Below the pieces are notes generated by a model. That model was given only the letters and a program-made list of their open reading frames with translations. It was not told the DNA's origin and did no database searches. A stretch of 64,000 bases of DNA from Balanoglossus misakiensis (Eukaryota > Animalia > Hemichordata), in assembly GCA_040954595.2 (NCBI GenBank), contig CM082591.2:1105882-1169881 (forward strand), written 5' to 3'. A program made the translations under genes and the position numbers. How positions within the stretch are numbered: position 1 is the stretch's first letter; the number at the start of each line of letters is the position of its first letter. Below are positions 62,381 to 64,000 of the stretch, in pieces.

Positions 62381-63680
62381 TCAGGCTGAGTCTATAATGA
62401 CAGCAGATTTCTCGATTTCAGCAAACCTTCTCTGTGGGCTGCTAAGTTCTCTCGGCGGTGAACCAGATTCGCTCCTGGAAAGAGAAATGAAATTTTTGCT
62501 CGTATCAAATTTCTTAATTGTAAATAAAACACATGGAAGATGAAGAAGGACCTTGAATATGTTGGAAAACGTTGAACACAGGTGGTATGACTACAGTCAA
62601 AGCCTCCATCTCTTTCGCCAATTATATGTTTTTTGCGAGTTTTATCGAGCGACCAGCAAGAAGATATCTGGTCCTCAGGACGAGAGCATCAGGTCCTGAC
62701 CACACCTTGTATACATGACCACTCACCTTCTTTTGCGAGGACTCTTGCTTGAACTTCTTAAAGACCGAGATCTGCTTCTGATAAGTAACAATGAAAAGTT
62801 CACATCCGGTAAGTCCTCCAATATATGATTTATAGGAAAGGCACTATGATTAGACTATACGATTAGAGTGTGAAACACCAATATAAGGAGGCAATTTTTC
62901 TGTACAAATGTAATGCATGCATGTATATTAGAGACAAGTCTCACAAAATGTCAGTGGTATAATTACTGTAGTATGCGCAGATTTTTTATGGGATGGCCAA
63001 GCAAAAAAGGGTGCCACCACGTATGTAAATTAAAGATGATTGTGCATAGTTTGGCAGTAACCGTAAAAATTTACCTTTGCTGTGGTATGGGTGATCCACC
63101 CTCTCTGTCTCTGGACGTTCGTGACCTGGAACGTGACCTTGATTTGGATCTAGAGACACTTCTGTGAAATAAATATAAAGAAGTTTACTTCATGGGTCGA
63201 AGTCTTTCTTACATTGTATTGGTGTGTAATGTTTATCATGTGACTTCTGAAAGGTCATAGATGATAGCAAATTAAAGCAGACCGCCATTCAAAAATCATG
63301 CTTTCACAGTTTGCATGACCTCTACAAGCAATTTGGATTTTTTTCTTGTGTCACCACTCAATCTGTTAGTCAGAATAATGTCTTAGAGAGCTCACAGCAC
63401 TGTATGATTCAGTTACACATACCTGTCTCGGCTGTAACTTTTTCTACTGCGTTTCCTAAATAGGATGAATCAGAAAACACTTTTCAGCTTAATCCTGATA
63501 AACTCTACCAACAAAATGCCAGGATGTAAAGGTCACATAGGGGTCATGAAATCAGCCAATAGGGGCCAAGGATGGATGTATTACCTGTCGGGGGTTCGGC
63601 TCCTGCTACGGCTACGACTGCGCGTTCGAGAACGTCTGGATCGAGAACGTCCTCTAGAACGAGAACGAGATCGTGATCGA
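62381..63680 (-). CDS. 3' part (RS domain) of a serine/arginine-rich splicing factor; 5' exons outside the window
   Basis: Short exons 63680-63585, 63455-63423, 63161-63075, 62777-62727, 62474-62381 joined by phase-2 introns; they encode RSRSRSRGRSRSRRSRTRSRSRSRSRTPDR...SRSKSRSRSRSRT...SPQRRFAEIEKSAVIIDSA*. The layout recalls SRSF7, but no RRM is visible. Confidence 0.8.
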
Positions 63681-64000
63681 CTATACCCGGGAAAAAGAAT
63701 TAAAACGGAAAAAAAGTCACTATCTGACATTTGTTAAAATTAAATACCAACCCCGAAACACTGTCACTATTCCATTCCGTATAACCACCCATTTTTTTCG
63801 AATGTTCATCGAATGGAGTACCCAAAGTTGCCTCGCATCTATATTACAATTGTGCATGGTTCAACCCAATCATTTTCAATTATGAGGTTCGACGTATGTT
63901 GAAAAAAAGTGCAAGTTATAGCTTCCACAAATGACCTCATTTCTGTCTGTTTGCTGACTTTCAACCAAATGCAAACTGAAAATGCTATAACCTAAAAAAA

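Overview
Eukaryotic, intron-rich, AT-rich animal DNA. Gene content suggests a marine invertebrate deuterostome such as a hemichordate, echinoderm or amphioxus (inference). I reconstructed spliced genes by hand from splice sites and reading frames. (1) A minus-strand gene runs off the left edge and encodes a death-effector domain, tandem repeats, a degenerate GT-B/GT4-like glycosyltransferase domain and an IRE1/RNase L-type kinase. Its promoter packs ISRE, NF-kB, CRE and GAS motifs into 78 bp. (2) ACC-synthase-like PLP enzyme. (3) TMEM41B/stasimon with a U12 intron. (4) Four TNF-receptor-like genes without death domains, surrounded by NF-kB motifs; two share a near-identical inverted tract. (5) A ~29 kb polycystin-1/REJ-family gene with 10 HYR, 10 SRCR, LamG-like, F-type-lectin-like, WSC and PKD domains. 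(6) An HPGD-like SDR plus an orphan first exon of a paralog. (7) The 3' end of an SR-type splicing factor. Several MITE families and two microsatellites are also present. The best candidate for an undescribed system is the DED-pseudoglycosyltransferase-RNase L-like kinase fusion, a possible innate-immune sensor/effector. Domain calls rest on motif recognition only; no searches were run.
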